Source: Sedimentisphaerales bacterium (GTDB lineage: Bacteria > Planctomycetota > Phycisphaerae > Sedimentisphaerales > SM23-30). Taken from it: a DNA stretch of 64,000 bases. Both the position numbers and the translations under genes were made by a program. Under the pieces are notes generated by a model. That model worked only from the letters and a program-made list of their open reading frames with translations, was not told the origin of the DNA and made no database searches. Positions 48,427 to 60,045 of the stretch are shown piece after piece. Position 1 is the first letter of the stretch, and the number at the start of each line of letters is the position of its first letter. The stretch lies in the NCBI GenBank assembly GCA_963666285.1, contig OY762711.1; one strand, written 5' to 3'.

Positions 48427-50256
48427 ATGTGTAGATACATACTAAATATCTGGTTCAATCGTTTGGTAAAAGCGATATTCATTTTAGTTTTAGCTTTAAT
48501 AATATCCTGCGGTAGTAAAACATTTGCAGGATATCTTGAAGCGATTAAAGATATATTTGATAAACCGGTTGAATTTTCAGAAGCTGATCGGAAAGAGTTG
48601 AATGAATGGCTGCAAGAAAATGCAATTAAGTTTAAAACTGTTCAGGTAGGGACGGGCTATGATGATTTGCAGCCTTTAAAGAAAGTTATAGGTGATGCGC
48701 GAATAGTATCTCTAGGTGAAGCAGCGCATATGAATCGCGATTTCTACCAAATGAAACATCGTATAGTCGAGTTTTTAGTAAACGAGATGGGTTTCAATGT
48801 TATTGCGATAGAGGGCACTTTTGCCGGCGGCATGGAACTTAATGAATATATTCAGACAGGTAAAGGCGACCCGCAGCGGGCATTGGGGGCGTTATCTTAC
48901 CCGGCATGGAATACTGAAGAGATTCTGGATATGGTAGTATGGATGAGGGAATATAATGCTACCCATGAAAACAAGATCAAATTTTATGGTTTCGATGTTA
49001 AGCCGGCATGTGGTTCTGCAAAAGTTGTTTATGATTATCTGCAAAAGACCGGTGCTATAGATGAATATGACCAATTGCTAAGCCGGATGATGAACCCTTG
49101 GATTATGTCGAGGTTGACAGATGAGTTCAAAAAAGATCCGTCCGGTATTAACGTTAAGCTGAAAAATTTAGTAGAGCATATGGAAACTATCAGTCCGGAT
49201 AGTGTTTCAAATGATATAAAAGAGTGGGAGCTGGCGATACAACATGCTCGTGTTCTCCGGCAATATGTTAATTTCTATAGTAAGTCTTCCATTTCGCAAG
49301 CTACCGAATTTAGAGATAAAAGCATGGCCGAAAATGTTCGGTGGATAATGGATTATGAGCCGGGAGCGAAAGCAATTTTATGGGCAGCGAATCCTCACAT
49401 ATCCAAATTTCCATCAAGCGGGACAATGGGTTGTTGTTTGTCTGATATCTACGGCGATGATATTGTTATTATAGGAATGCTGAGAAACAGGAAATTCGCC
49501 AGTGAGCAGGAAAAAGCTGATGGAGCAAATTATCCAATTGACATTGGCGGCAGAAGGGAAGGAACCCTTGAAGATACTTTAGGCCGGGCCGGACTTCAGA
49601 ATGCATTAGTTGATTTTCGTTTTTTGCCTGAAGGTTTAGTTTCTGATTATTTCAATAGCCCCATATCAGGGAATGCGGGTATTAATATTGAATATCCTTT
49701 AGCGTATGATGCTGTTATCTTTATCGAGTCAACCTTAGATGCCATATCTCTCGAAGCAGGCAATATTCGCAGGTTTAATATCCTCGATAAGCCGTCTAAC
49801 CTGGATTTTGAAATAATTGAAGATGGCAGACCAAAGGGTTGGATCAGGCAGGCCGGTCAATCGCGAGTAGAGTATGATGTTATCCCGATGCGAGAGGAGC
49901 CTTATCACGGTGAGTTATGCTGTATGATTAAAAGGAGACCGGGTCGGGCGTTTCATGGCGCGTTTGGGAATGTAGGTCAGGTAATAGATGCATCAAACCT
50001 TTCAGACGGTAGTCTGCAATTTAACGCAGCAGTAAGAGTTGAAGATGGAAAAGGGTACCTTTGGCTATCGGTGGAGCACTTCAATGGTCCTGCAGTATTC
50101 CAGGAGAAAATGATATGTTCTGATGAGTGGCAGGAGTATTCTTTGCAGATAGAAATTCCGCAAAAAGCTAAGAAGCTGATTTATGGTTTAGCTTTTGTAG
50201 GTGAGGGAGCAGCTTTTATAGACAATGTCGAACTAAAAAATATAACAGCTAAATAG
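48427..50256 (+). CDS. Erythromycin esterase family protein with C-terminal beta-sandwich domain
   Basis: IGDARIVSLGEAAH, LVNEMGF..IAIE, W.TEE, FYGFD, RDKSMAEN and YDAVIFI motifs. Confidence 0.88.
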   Translation: MCRYILNIWFNRLVKAIFILVLALIISCGSKTFAGYLEAIKDIFDKPVEFSEADRKELNEWLQENAIKFKTVQVGTGYDDLQPLKKVIGDARIVSLGEAAHMNRDFYQMKHRIVEFLVNEMGFNVIAIEGTFAGGMELNEYIQTGKGDPQRALGALSYPAWNTEEILDMVVWMREYNATHENKIKFYGFDVKPACGSAKVVYDYLQKTGAIDEYDQLLSRMMNPWIMSRLTDEFKKDPSGINVKLKNLVEHMETISPDSVSNDIKEWELAIQHARVLRQYVNFYSKSSISQATEFRDKSMAENVRWIMDYEPGAKAILWAANPHISKFPSSGTMGCCLSDIYGDDIVIIGMLRNRKFASEQEKADGANYPIDIGGRREGTLEDTLGRAGLQNALVDFRFLPEGLVSDYFNSPISGNAGINIEYPLAYDAVIFIESTLDAISLEAGNIRRFNILDKPSNLDFEIIEDGRPKGWIRQAGQSRVEYDVIPMREEPYHGELCCMIKRRPGRAFHGAFGNVGQVIDASNLSDGSLQFNAAVRVEDGKGYLWLSVEHFNGPAVFQEKMICSDEWQEYSLQIEIPQKAKKLIYGLAFVGEGAAFIDNVELKNITAK

Positions 50257-50270
50257 AATTTTCTGTTTGT

Positions 50271-51398
50271 TTATTGTATTGTCATACTTAGAAGGCCAAT
50301 TGCCGCACCGCCGAGTATCAGCCAGGTAGTATTGATCTTATAGCGGATAAGAAGAACAAGTGATATTATGGCTACAATGATAGTTAACGGGTCGGTAAGT
50401 GAGTTTTTACTGAGTGTCCATGTGACCGCGGCCATAAGACTCAAAGAAGCAGCATTAACGCCATCGAGCAGACTGCCAAACCAGATTGATTTACGCATCC
50501 GAGGGATAACAGGGCTGGAGAGGGCAACGAAAATAAACGAGGGCAGGAATATTCCTATAGTTGCCAGTAGAGCCCCGGTCCATCCGCCCACAACATAACC
50601 GATAAAAGTAGCGGTAGTGAAAACCGGTCCAGGTGTGACCTGTCCAATTGCAACGGCATCGACAAGCTGCCGGTCGGTCATCCAGCCAAATTTTTCGACA
50701 AGATCGCCGTGAAGGAAGGCGAGCAGAACATAGCCGCTGCCATACAGGACAGAACCGATTTTGAGGAATGTAAAAAACAGTGTTGGGAAGCTGAAAGCTG
50801 TGACAGCCTGTGGGGCGGCAGATATAGTACCAAGCGGCAGTAACATTAATCCCAGGTTATGAGTATTGATTTTTTTGTAGTTGGAAGCGATCATTACGGT
50901 GAGTCCGCCGGCAAAGAGCAGAATAATCTCATTTATGCCGGTGAAGTAGAGGGCTAGTAATACTATTCCAACGGAAATCGTAAGAGGACCTTTTATGGCT
51001 TTTTTGCCCAGATTAAAAAGAGCCTGCAGAATTACAGCAATAACAACCGGTTTAATGCCATAGATGAGTCCTTGTGTCTGTGGCATTGTTCCGAAGCGTA
51101 CATATGCCCAAGACAAAAGAAGAACAATTGCCATTGCCGGGACTATAAAGCAGAATCCTGCGGTGATAAGCCCTTTCCAGCCACCTCTCAGGAATCCAAT
51201 ATGGATGGCTAATTCAGTTGAGTTTGGACCTGGTATGAGGTTGGTGGCCCCGATCAGGTCTAGGAATTCCTGGTCGGTAAGCCATTTTCTGCGTTTAACA
51301 GTCTCATCATGCATCATTGAAATATGCGCAGCCGGACCGCCGAAAGCAGTGATGCCGAGTCTGAAAAACAATTTGGCAATTTCTGTTAGATTTTGCAT
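50271..51398 (-). CDS. chrA: Chromate efflux transporter
   Basis: AFGGPAAHI, IPGPNSTE, YGSGYVL and GQVTPGP motifs of a bi-domain CHR transporter. Confidence 0.95.
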   Translation of the reverse strand: MQNLTEIAKLFFRLGITAFGGPAAHISMMHDETVKRRKWLTDQEFLDLIGATNLIPGPNSTELAIHIGFLRGGWKGLITAGFCFIVPAMAIVLLLSWAYVRFGTMPQTQGLIYGIKPVVIAVILQALFNLGKKAIKGPLTISVGIVLLALYFTGINEIILLFAGGLTVMIASNYKKINTHNLGLMLLPLGTISAAPQAVTAFSFPTLFFTFLKIGSVLYGSGYVLLAFLHGDLVEKFGWMTDRQLVDAVAIGQVTPGPVFTTATFIGYVVGGWTGALLATIGIFLPSFIFVALSSPVIPRMRKSIWFGSLLDGVNAASLSLMAAVTWTLSKNSLTDPLTIIVAIISLVLLIRYKINTTWLILGGAAIGLLSMTIQ

Positions 51399-51914
51399 AT
51401 CAATTTACATTACAAGGGTTTATGTGGTTTGTTGTCTGGTCTGATATTAAATTTAACTTGTTGTGGATATTATAGACGGAAAAAATAGCGGAGTCATATT
51501 TTTGCCCAATTTGTTAGCAAATCATGAGCTGGTATGCCTGTTGTCGTAAAATTAACTTATAACGTCTTTGCTGGCAATGTGTTATAGTATTATTAGTGTT
51601 GTTTTAGAGGTTTGTTAAATAATGGCAAGCTGTAAGTTTCTAGCAATAAAGATTTTACAGTAATAAAAAGGTAATTTTCTTATTTTTATGTTTCAGTGAT
51701 TGACATAACTACCCGATATTTAATACTATATAAGGAATAGCCCTCAGATAATTTATTATTTTCGGAAAAAAGTTCTTATATTCTGCAAGGGATGACCTTG
51801 TACCAGTTCCAGGAGTCATTATCTAAGGCCTGTTCAAAATAGTTATATGTTGCCCGTCGTCATTGAAAAGTATATTGTTGAAAATAAAGTATTTGTTAAG
51901 TAACCGAGGAGAGT

Positions 51915-54900
51915 ATGAAAGCAGCATATTTGTTTTCCAGTGCAGCGTTGAAAAAAGTTTCGTTCCTTCTAGCAATCACCTTTTTGTATAGTACCTCTGT
52001 GTATGCAGTATGGATGGACCGCACCGACAAGGGCGGGGTAGTCAAGGCCAGTTCTCAGATCCATGAGGGTGAAGCAATGGAAATGGCGTTTGATAATACC
52101 ACCAGTACTAAGTGGTTGACGGATCATACCTCAACCGGCTGGCTCCAGTTTCAATTTCCAAACAACCAGCAATATTCAATAACGCGATATTCAATATCAT
52201 CAGCCAATGATGCACAAGAACGCGACCCTTACAATTGGACATTATACGGCTCCAATGATGAAGAAACCTGGACCGTAGTAGATACCAAGGAAGGTGAAAC
52301 CTGGACAGACAGGTGGCAGAGGCGAGAGTTTATTTGCGACAGTCCCGGCGCGTATAATTTTTATAAGCTGGATATAACAGCGAATAGGGTTGCATCATCA
52401 AACCTGACAGGTTTTTCGGAGATGGAACTTCTAGAGGATGTATTCCAGGCACAGACACCAACACCGGCAGATAATTCAGAGGGAATATTATATTATAATC
52501 CAACATTGAGCTGGGAAGGGCCGTCAGAATTAGCTACCCCAGAATATGCAATTTATCTGTCAGACGATCTTTCATTGGTAGAGCAGTCAGATCCATCAGT
52601 TTTGGTGGCACAGCAGTTTGAAACAAGTTTGTCTGTAGGTTATCTTGATACTTTTACTACTTATTACTGGCGAGTAAATGTAATTAATGGCGGCCATGCC
52701 GGAGATGTCTGGCAGTTTCAGACAGAGCAGCCGAGTTTGGATTGTCTGACGCTGACAGGCGATATTGATAATGACTGCCAGGTAGATATGTCTGAACTTG
52801 AACTAATCGCAGCTCAGTGGTTAGCAGAGGCATGTCCGGCGGGTCCTTGTGCCGATATTGATGACTCTTCAAAAGTTGATATGGCGGATCTGGCGAAGGT
52901 TTCCGATGACTGGTCCAAAGAGGCAGGTACAATTGTCCTGCACGAGATAATGGCAGATAATGAAACTACCTTGGCAGATAATTTTGGTGAATATCCAGAT
53001 TGGATAGAGATACGGAATCTAGGCAATACAGCGCAGAACCTGGAAGGCTGGTACCTGACAGATGATGATGAACAACTGGATAAATGGGTTTTTCCAAGTG
53101 TAGAGATAAGTCCGAAAGGATACCTGATAGTATTTGCTTCAGGATTAGACCTGACAGATGATCCGGAATATTTGCATTTGAACTTTAAGTTAAGTAAAGG
53201 CGGTCAGTACTTGGCACTGGTACGGCCTGATATGTCAATAGCTCACGAATTCAGCCCGGAATATCCAGAGCTGGGTAATGACGAGGCTTACGGTTTGACA
53301 TTACTGTCGGGAGAAGAATCCTTTGTAACCAGTCTTCTGGCATCTCCAACGCCAAACGCTTCAAATGCATCGGCGGTAGTATGGGGCAAGCCGGAATTTT
53401 CGGTTCCGTCAGGCATTTACGAGGATGCATTAACTTTAGAGCTATCTTATGCTAAGCCAGGATACGAGATACGTTACACGCTAGATGGTTCATTACCGAC
53501 AGGGATATCAGAGTTGTATACCGGTCCACTGACAGTGTCGCATTCGACCTGTATCCGAGCGTCAGCATATAAAGAGAAATATCTGCCCGGCAAACCAGCG
53601 ACGCAGACGTTTATTTTCCTGGACGACGTTGCCCAGCAGTCAGCTTTGCCGGATGGATTTCCAGATTACTGGAAGGCAACAGAAGCCGATTATGAAATGG
53701 ACCCTGATATTGTAGGCGACCCTGTTTACGGTCCACAGTTGAAATCTTCGCTGCTTTCGCTGCCAACAATTTCAATTGTAACAGATCAGGATAATCTGTT
53801 TGATTCTAATATTGGTATTTACTCGAACCCGACCCAGGAGGGCGTAAGCTGGGAACGACCAGCTCATGTTGAGCTAATAACTCAGGATGGTTCAGATGAG
53901 TTCCAGATAGATTGCGGATTAAGGATACAAGGTGGAGCGTTCAGGCGTTTTGACCTGACAAGGAAGAAGTCGTTCAGGCTGGTATTTAAGCGAGAGTATG
54001 GAAATGGCAAGCTGAACTTCCCTCTATTTGACTATGACCCAGACGCTTCAGAAAGTTATGATACAATAACGTTGCGTGCCGGTGCTAATGACGGTTATTC
54101 CTGGAGCACAGGATATCTGACCGAGCAATATATTCGAGATGAATTTGGCCGTAGTGTGCAGTGTGATTCCGGTAATGCCGGGTCGCATGGAACATTTTTC
54201 CATTTATATCTAAACGGATTATACTGGGGTTTATATAACGCAGTAGAGCGACCTGATAATTCCTTTAGCGCCACTTATAACGGTGGAGATAAGGATGACT
54301 GGGATGCAATTAATGCCGGAGACCTTAGTGAGGGCAGTATGGATGCCTGGAATAGTCTTGTAAGCAAATGTCAGTCCGGTATGAGTACGATGGAAGCTTA
54401 CGAGGAAATTCAGGGTAATAATGCAGACGGCAGTCGCAACCCAGAATACCCCGTTCTTATTGATATGGCCAATTATATTGACTATATAACAATCAATATG
54501 TGGGGCGGAAACGGCGACTGGCCGCATCGTAACTACTGGGTAGGCAGAGATCGCAGTGAAGACAGTGAAGGTTTCCAATTCTATTGCTGGGATTATGAAG
54601 GAACGATATCATCGCCATTTGCCCAATATAATAAAGTTACAGCAGATTTAAATTCCGGAGCAGGAATACCACATAATTATTTGAGAGCCAATTCAGAGTA
54701 TAAGGTTTTATTTGGAGATCGCGTCCACAAGTTATTCTTTAATGGTGGAGCATTGACTACAGATGTTAATATTCAACGTTATACTGATCTTGCCAATTGG
54801 GTAGAGCCTGCGATAATAGCAGAATCAGCCCGGTGGGCGGACCAGCATCATACAGATCCGCCAAGTTTGGATGAATGGATAGCCAAGCGAGATGATATTC

Positions 54901-57251
54901 TGACAAATTATCTGCCAACGAGATCAGATATTGTACTGCAACAATTGCGAGATGCGGGTTATTATCCAGACTTAGACGCACCGGTATTCAATGTAAACGG
55001 TACTTATCAGTATGGCGGATACGTTGAATCCGGAGATGTTTTGACAATGGCCAGCACTGTTTCGGGTGTAGGTGAAATGTACCTGGTTCCAGAGTCATAT
55101 CCGGTTTATATATATGTACCAATAGATGATACATTAGGTTTGAGCTGGACTGCGCCGGAGTTTGTTCCGGATTCCAGCTGGACAGACGGGACAACAGTAA
55201 CCGGTGTTGGTTATGAGCGTTCTTCCGGTTATGAAGATCTAATAGGTACAGACATGCATGATGCGATGTACGGGGTTTCTACCTCTGTTTACTGCCGTAT
55301 GGAATTTAGCTGTGAGAGCGTCGCCCAGGTGCAGGGTCTGGTCCTGGAAATGAAATATGATGATGGTTTCATAGCTTATCTGAATGGTGTTGAAGTATGC
55401 CGTACGACAAATATCACGTCAGATGTTCCGGGCAGTGCATCGGCAAGAAATCATGAAGCCGGATACTATTATGAAGAGTTTGATATTACCTCTTATATCA
55501 ATCTGCTGAATACAGGGACAAATGTTTTAGCGATTCATGGAATTAATTATTCCACGACCAGCAGTGATATGATAATTATGCCGCAATTGAAGATGCAATA
55601 TGAATCAGTTCCGGTATATTATACGACTGATGGTACTGATCCTCGTTTGCTAGGCGGGGAAGTTAATCCAAGCGCTAAAACTTATTATGGCCCGATATCA
55701 ATGACTGAAAGCTGTCTGATAAAGGCACGGGTATATGTGAACGAGCAATGGAGCGCATTAAATGAAGCTCAATATGCAGTTGGTCCGGTTGCTGACAGTC
55801 TGCGTATAACAGAGATTATGTATAACCCGTCAACAGATCCAAACAGTGAGTTTATTGAACTGATGAATATAGGTGTAGAATCAATAAATCTTAACCAGGC
55901 AGAACTGACCAAAGGTGTAGAGTTTATTTTTGGTTCTCTTGAAGTTGCACCGGGTGATCGTGTTGTCGTTGTTAGGAATATTGATGCTTTTACTGCCCAG
56001 TATCCCGATTTTAGTGGTGTGATAGCCGGTGAATATAGTGGTTCTCTTGATAACGGCGGAGAGAGGATCAAGCTTATTGATGTTCTAGGTACCGAGATAC
56101 TTGATTTTGACTATAAAGATTCATGGTATGATATAACCGATGGAGAAGGATTTTCGCTGGTAATCAAAGATCCGTTAGCGTCAGATATAACATTATGGGA
56201 TGATAAATCAGGTTGGCGTCCAGGAGCAGTGCCGGGCGGAACCCCTGGTACAGACGATAGCGACCTGATACCAGCTATAGGTTCAATTGTGTTCAATGAA
56301 ATTTTATCACATTCAGATCAGGATGAATATGACTGGATAGAACTGTATAATACAACAGATGAACCAATTAATATTGGCGGCTGGTATTTGTCAGATAATA
56401 ATGACGATGATGCCAAACGCAAGAAGTACCAGATTGCCGAGGGTACTGTTATCAAAGCCCATGATTATAAAGTATTTTATGAAAATCTGCATTTTGGCAA
56501 TATAGGCGATTCCGGCTGCAGTATACCATTCCAGTTAAGTGAAAATGGTGAGACAATCTACCTCCAGTCCGGCAGTAACGGTGTACTAACCGGTTACTAT
56601 CAGGAGGAAGAGTTTGGTGCGGCAGAAAGAGATATTGCTTTTGGCCGATATCAGAAGAGTGACGGCGGAATTAATTTTGTAGCTATGAGTTCCAATACCC
56701 CGGGAGATGATAATGCGTATCCTAAGGTAGGGCCTGTTATTATAACAGAGATTATGTACCATCCTGAAGATGACGGTGATGCTGAATATGTAGAGCTGCA
56801 GAATATTAGCGGATCACCGGTGCCGCTTTATGATTATGAGACAGGAGCCGCCTGGCGTTTTGTTGATAATAAAGATGATATTGGTGTTGAGTTTTATTTT
56901 CCAGTGGATAGCCCGGTTGTTCTTGCGGCAAATGAAAAGATCCTGCTGGTTAAGAACCTGGCAGCGTTTAGCGATGAATTTGGAGAACCTGCATCCGGTC
57001 TGAAAATATTCGAATGGCTGGACGGCAGCCTGAGCAATGGCAGCGAGAAGCCAGAGCTTCAGATGCCGGGTGATGTTGATGAATCTATGACTCGATATTA
57101 TATTCGCATTGATCGTGTCAGTTATGATGATGAGTCTCCATGGCCAACAGAAGCAGATGGAGATGGATATTCACTGGAACGTATCAGTACAACAGTATAT
57201 GGTAATGATCCTGCCAGCTGGCAGGCCGCCAGTCCGACACCTGGCAGTTGA
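51915..57251 (+). CDS. Large secreted lamin-tail-domain / CotH-kinase family protein
   Basis: F5/8-like N-terminus, dockerin-like motif, several (N/H/T)EI.....DWIEL.N lamin-tail domains, YTLDGS.P domains and CotH motifs (KKSFRL, YWGLY..VERPD, DWPHRN, WDYE). Confidence 0.9.
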   Translation: MKAAYLFSSAALKKVSFLLAITFLYSTSVYAVWMDRTDKGGVVKASSQIHEGEAMEMAFDNTTSTKWLTDHTSTGWLQFQFPNNQQYSITRYSISSANDAQERDPYNWTLYGSNDEETWTVVDTKEGETWTDRWQRREFICDSPGAYNFYKLDITANRVASSNLTGFSEMELLEDVFQAQTPTPADNSEGILYYNPTLSWEGPSELATPEYAIYLSDDLSLVEQSDPSVLVAQQFETSLSVGYLDTFTTYYWRVNVINGGHAGDVWQFQTEQPSLDCLTLTGDIDNDCQVDMSELELIAAQWLAEACPAGPCADIDDSSKVDMADLAKVSDDWSKEAGTIVLHEIMADNETTLADNFGEYPDWIEIRNLGNTAQNLEGWYLTDDDEQLDKWVFPSVEISPKGYLIVFASGLDLTDDPEYLHLNFKLSKGGQYLALVRPDMSIAHEFSPEYPELGNDEAYGLTLLSGEESFVTSLLASPTPNASNASAVVWGKPEFSVPSGIYEDALTLELSYAKPGYEIRYTLDGSLPTGISELYTGPLTVSHSTCIRASAYKEKYLPGKPATQTFIFLDDVAQQSALPDGFPDYWKATEADYEMDPDIVGDPVYGPQLKSSLLSLPTISIVTDQDNLFDSNIGIYSNPTQEGVSWERPAHVELITQDGSDEFQIDCGLRIQGGAFRRFDLTRKKSFRLVFKREYGNGKLNFPLFDYDPDASESYDTITLRAGANDGYSWSTGYLTEQYIRDEFGRSVQCDSGNAGSHGTFFHLYLNGLYWGLYNAVERPDNSFSATYNGGDKDDWDAINAGDLSEGSMDAWNSLVSKCQSGMSTMEAYEEIQGNNADGSRNPEYPVLIDMANYIDYITINMWGGNGDWPHRNYWVGRDRSEDSEGFQFYCWDYEGTISSPFAQYNKVTADLNSGAGIPHNYLRANSEYKVLFGDRVHKLFFNGGALTTDVNIQRYTDLANWVEPAIIAESARWADQHHTDPPSLDEWIAKRDDILTNYLPTRSDIVLQQLRDAGYYPDLDAPVFNVNGTYQYGGYVESGDVLTMASTVSGVGEMYLVPESYPVYIYVPIDDTLGLSWTAPEFVPDSSWTDGTTVTGVGYERSSGYEDLIGTDMHDAMYGVSTSVYCRMEFSCESVAQVQGLVLEMKYDDGFIAYLNGVEVCRTTNITSDVPGSASARNHEAGYYYEEFDITSYINLLNTGTNVLAIHGINYSTTSSDMIIMPQLKMQYESVPVYYTTDGTDPRLLGGEVNPSAKTYYGPISMTESCLIKARVYVNEQWSALNEAQYAVGPVADSLRITEIMYNPSTDPNSEFIELMNIGVESINLNQAELTKGVEFIFGSLEVAPGDRVVVVRNIDAFTAQYPDFSGVIAGEYSGSLDNGGERIKLIDVLGTEILDFDYKDSWYDITDGEGFSLVIKDPLASDITLWDDKSGWRPGAVPGGTPGTDDSDLIPAIGSIVFNEILSHSDQDEYDWIELYNTTDEPINIGGWYLSDNNDDDAKRKKYQIAEGTVIKAHDYKVFYENLHFGNIGDSGCSIPFQLSENGETIYLQSGSNGVLTGYYQEEEFGAAERDIAFGRYQKSDGGINFVAMSSNTPGDDNAYPKVGPVIITEIMYHPEDDGDAEYVELQNISGSPVPLYDYETGAAWRFVDNKDDIGVEFYFPVDSPVVLAANEKILLVKNLAAFSDEFGEPASGLKIFEWLDGSLSNGSEKPELQMPGDVDESMTRYYIRIDRVSYDDESPWPTEADGDGYSLERISTTVYGNDPASWQAASPTPGS

Positions 57252-57391
57252 CGAATGATGCCGTTTACAGGCTGAGAAACATCAGTATCGAAAAGAACTT
57301 CAAGCTCTTCAGGGTAACTTTACCAGTATATCCAGAAGAGCTTTTTTATAAACGTTATTGTAGAGAGTGTCGATTGTGTATTACAGGGTTA

Positions 57392-58054
57392 TCAGTGCAG
57401 CTCACCATTTTGCAGTTTTATACAATCGCCGGCTAGCTCCGGAACCATTTGTGGGATATGGTTGCATATATAATCAATATGTTTCTGCTCTGCGAGTTGA
57501 AAGGTTTGCAGGTTTTGTAAAAAAGCAGAGTTGGCAGAATTGATAACTCCGGTGAACAGTGAGTTGATTTCCGAGCCTTCGATACTTATTACAAGCTGTA
57601 AAACTTCGTGTTCGGTCTCAATATGTTCAGATTGCAGTTCAATATCATCCATTGTTTGTTCCAGTATGGGCAGGGTATTTTCCCATTGAGCGAATCTTGC
57701 ATATTGTGTATGTTTTCTGCCTGAGAGTTTTCGGCATATTTCCAGAATTTCAGCATGTTCCTGTTCCTGATCAGCCAGATTCTGCAGGAAAATACACAAA
57801 TCTTTTTTGTGCTGCATTCGCAATGAAAGATAATAATACAGGTGGTTGGCACGCTGCTCAAGTTTAATGCAGCGATCAATGACTTTAGCAACGTTTACCT
57901 GTGGAGGAGTCATCTGGCAGTGAATCGCTACCAGGTCAAGAAAGGTCTGGTTCGGGCTGGCAAACAGTACATGCCAGAATAATTTCCAACCGAAGCACCG
58001 GATCGTGACAATAGGGTGAGAGCAAACTTCTTTTTTGCATATTACGCCAGTCAT
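57392..58054 (-). CDS. Hypothetical protein with ferritin/rubrerythrin-like domain
   Basis: LEQRA..LY, LADQEQEH and AEQKH ExxH-type motifs. Confidence 0.7.
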   Translation of the reverse strand: MTGVICKKEVCSHPIVTIRCFGWKLFWHVLFASPNQTFLDLVAIHCQMTPPQVNVAKVIDRCIKLEQRANHLYYYLSLRMQHKKDLCIFLQNLADQEQEHAEILEICRKLSGRKHTQYARFAQWENTLPILEQTMDDIELQSEHIETEHEVLQLVISIEGSEINSLFTGVINSANSAFLQNLQTFQLAEQKHIDYICNHIPQMVPELAGDCIKLQNGELH

Positions 58055-58488
58055 TATATAACCTTAGGTGATTTTTAGTGTTTTGCACCAGATGGCAAAC
58101 GAGCGTCTCCTAGCCATTCTAATCTTATCCCATTATTAAGTTTGGGTCAAGAGATGCAGGCAGAGAGTTGCATCTATCAGTTCATATTTTCAAGATGTGA
58201 TATTAATAACTAGTTATGATTAAAAGGTTTATCGTTAAAAAGCCTCCTGTATTTTACTGATTGATAAGTAGGCATATTATTTTAGAGAAACTCACAGAAT
58301 TATGATAGATGTTTGAAGAATGGTTAGATTTTGTGGTTTGCAAGTTAGGTTTAAGTGTTGCTGTATTTGATATAAGTTATTGTTTGTTATGAGTTTATTA
58401 ACTATGTTGACAAAGTTGGTGTTGTTATTTAGAATTAATTCAAATATTTTGGAATATCAGATTATCTAATGAAAGAGAGAGTCAGGGC

Positions 58489-59985
58489 GTGAAAAAAAAA
58501 GTAAATATTATTGGAGCCGGTATTGCCGGTTTGTCGGCAGGTTGTTATCTCCAGATGAATGGTTATGATTCCGAGATTTTTGAGCTGCATAATATTCCCG
58601 GTGGGTTGTGCACAACCTGGAAGCGGGGAGAGTATACTTTTGACGGCTGTATTCACTGGCTGGTAGGCTCCAATCCAAGGGACTCGTTTTATAAAATCTG
58701 GAATGAACTAATTGATATGTCTTCGATAGATTTTGTTGAACCGGAAGAGGCATTGCGGGTAGAAGATGGTTCGGGGGACAGTATAAGGGTTTTCAGTAAT
58801 GTCGACAAGCTGGAAGAAGAGATGCTGGCAAAGGCTCCGTCTGATAAAGAGCTTATCTGTAAGTTTTGCAATGCGGTTCGCAAGTTCAGTGAGTTTGAGT
58901 TGCCAATAGAAAAGTCTCAAGAGTTGTTTTCAGTATTTGATAAGATGAAATTCATATTTAGATTTCTACCATACTTTAAGGATATGAAATACTGGATGGG
59001 TATGACAGCCCATGAGCTGGCAGATAAATGTACTGACCCTCTGTTAAGAAAGACATTTGAATATTTATTTTTTCCTGATATGGCTGCATTGTTTCTAGTC
59101 TTTACCCTGGCCTGGCGTAATAAAGGCAGTGCCGGGTATCCTATAGGAGGATCACTAGAGTTTGCCCGGAAAATAGAAGAGAGATATTTAAGTTTAGGAG
59201 GCAAGGTCAGTTATAAGTCAAGAGTCAAGAAGATTGTTGTTGAGAATGGCTGTACTAAAGGTGTTCGGCTGGAGAATGATGAAATTCATAATGCTGATAT
59301 TGTGATTTCTGCGGCAGATGGTTATTGTACAGTCTATGAAATGTTAGAAGGAAAGTATGTTGATGATGAGATTAACGGTTATTATAAAAATTTCAATGTC
59401 TTTCCATCTTATCTCCAGATTTCTTTAGGGGTAGGCAGGACTTTTGATGATTGCCCTCATACTACAGTTTTTCCGCTGGAGACTCCGATTCAAATCGGCA
59501 GGGCGGATAAGGCAGACTATATCGGGGCAAGGATATTCAACTTTGACTCTACTATGGCACCAGAAGGAAAGACGGTTTTAACTGTAATTTTACCAACAGA
59601 TGATAATGAATATTGGGAAAAGATGAGGCTGGAGGATATTGATAAATATCGAAAAGAGAAAAGCAGAATTGCAGGTGAAGTTATATCAGCGTTAGAGAAG
59701 AGATTTGGTGATATCGAAGGCAAGGTTGAGCAAATAGATGTATCTACGCCGGCAACGGTCAGGCGTTATACAAATAACTGGAAGGGCAGCCTGGAAGGTT
59801 GGGTTTTGTCGCCAGAGGTTGGCTTCAAGCAGATGAAAAAGGTATTGCCGGGATTAAGTAATTTTTATATGGCCGGGCAATGGGTAGAGCCGGGTGGAGG
59901 TTTGCCGCCTGCAATATTGTCAGGAAGAAATGTTACGCAGTTGATATGCAGGGCGGATAAGGTGAAATTTAGGAACAGTTTATAG
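58489..59985 (+). CDS. NAD(P)/FAD-dependent oxidoreductase (phytoene desaturase-like)
   Basis: IIGAGIAGL, PGGLCTTW.R..Y.FD, STPAT and FYMAGQW..PGGGLP motifs. Confidence 0.92.
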   Translation: MKKKVNIIGAGIAGLSAGCYLQMNGYDSEIFELHNIPGGLCTTWKRGEYTFDGCIHWLVGSNPRDSFYKIWNELIDMSSIDFVEPEEALRVEDGSGDSIRVFSNVDKLEEEMLAKAPSDKELICKFCNAVRKFSEFELPIEKSQELFSVFDKMKFIFRFLPYFKDMKYWMGMTAHELADKCTDPLLRKTFEYLFFPDMAALFLVFTLAWRNKGSAGYPIGGSLEFARKIEERYLSLGGKVSYKSRVKKIVVENGCTKGVRLENDEIHNADIVISAADGYCTVYEMLEGKYVDDEINGYYKNFNVFPSYLQISLGVGRTFDDCPHTTVFPLETPIQIGRADKADYIGARIFNFDSTMAPEGKTVLTVILPTDDNEYWEKMRLEDIDKYRKEKSRIAGEVISALEKRFGDIEGKVEQIDVSTPATVRRYTNNWKGSLEGWVLSPEVGFKQMKKVLPGLSNFYMAGQWVEPGGGLPPAILSGRNVTQLICRADKVKFRNSL

Positions 59986-60007
59986 TAAATTGTTTTTACT
60001 AAAAGGA

Positions 60008-60045
60008 AAAAGCGACTATTTCTTAATGCAGAAACAGTCGCTTTT
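60008..60045. terminator. Intrinsic terminator
   Basis: AAAAGCGACTATTTCT...AGAAACAGTCGCTTTT. Confidence 0.7.
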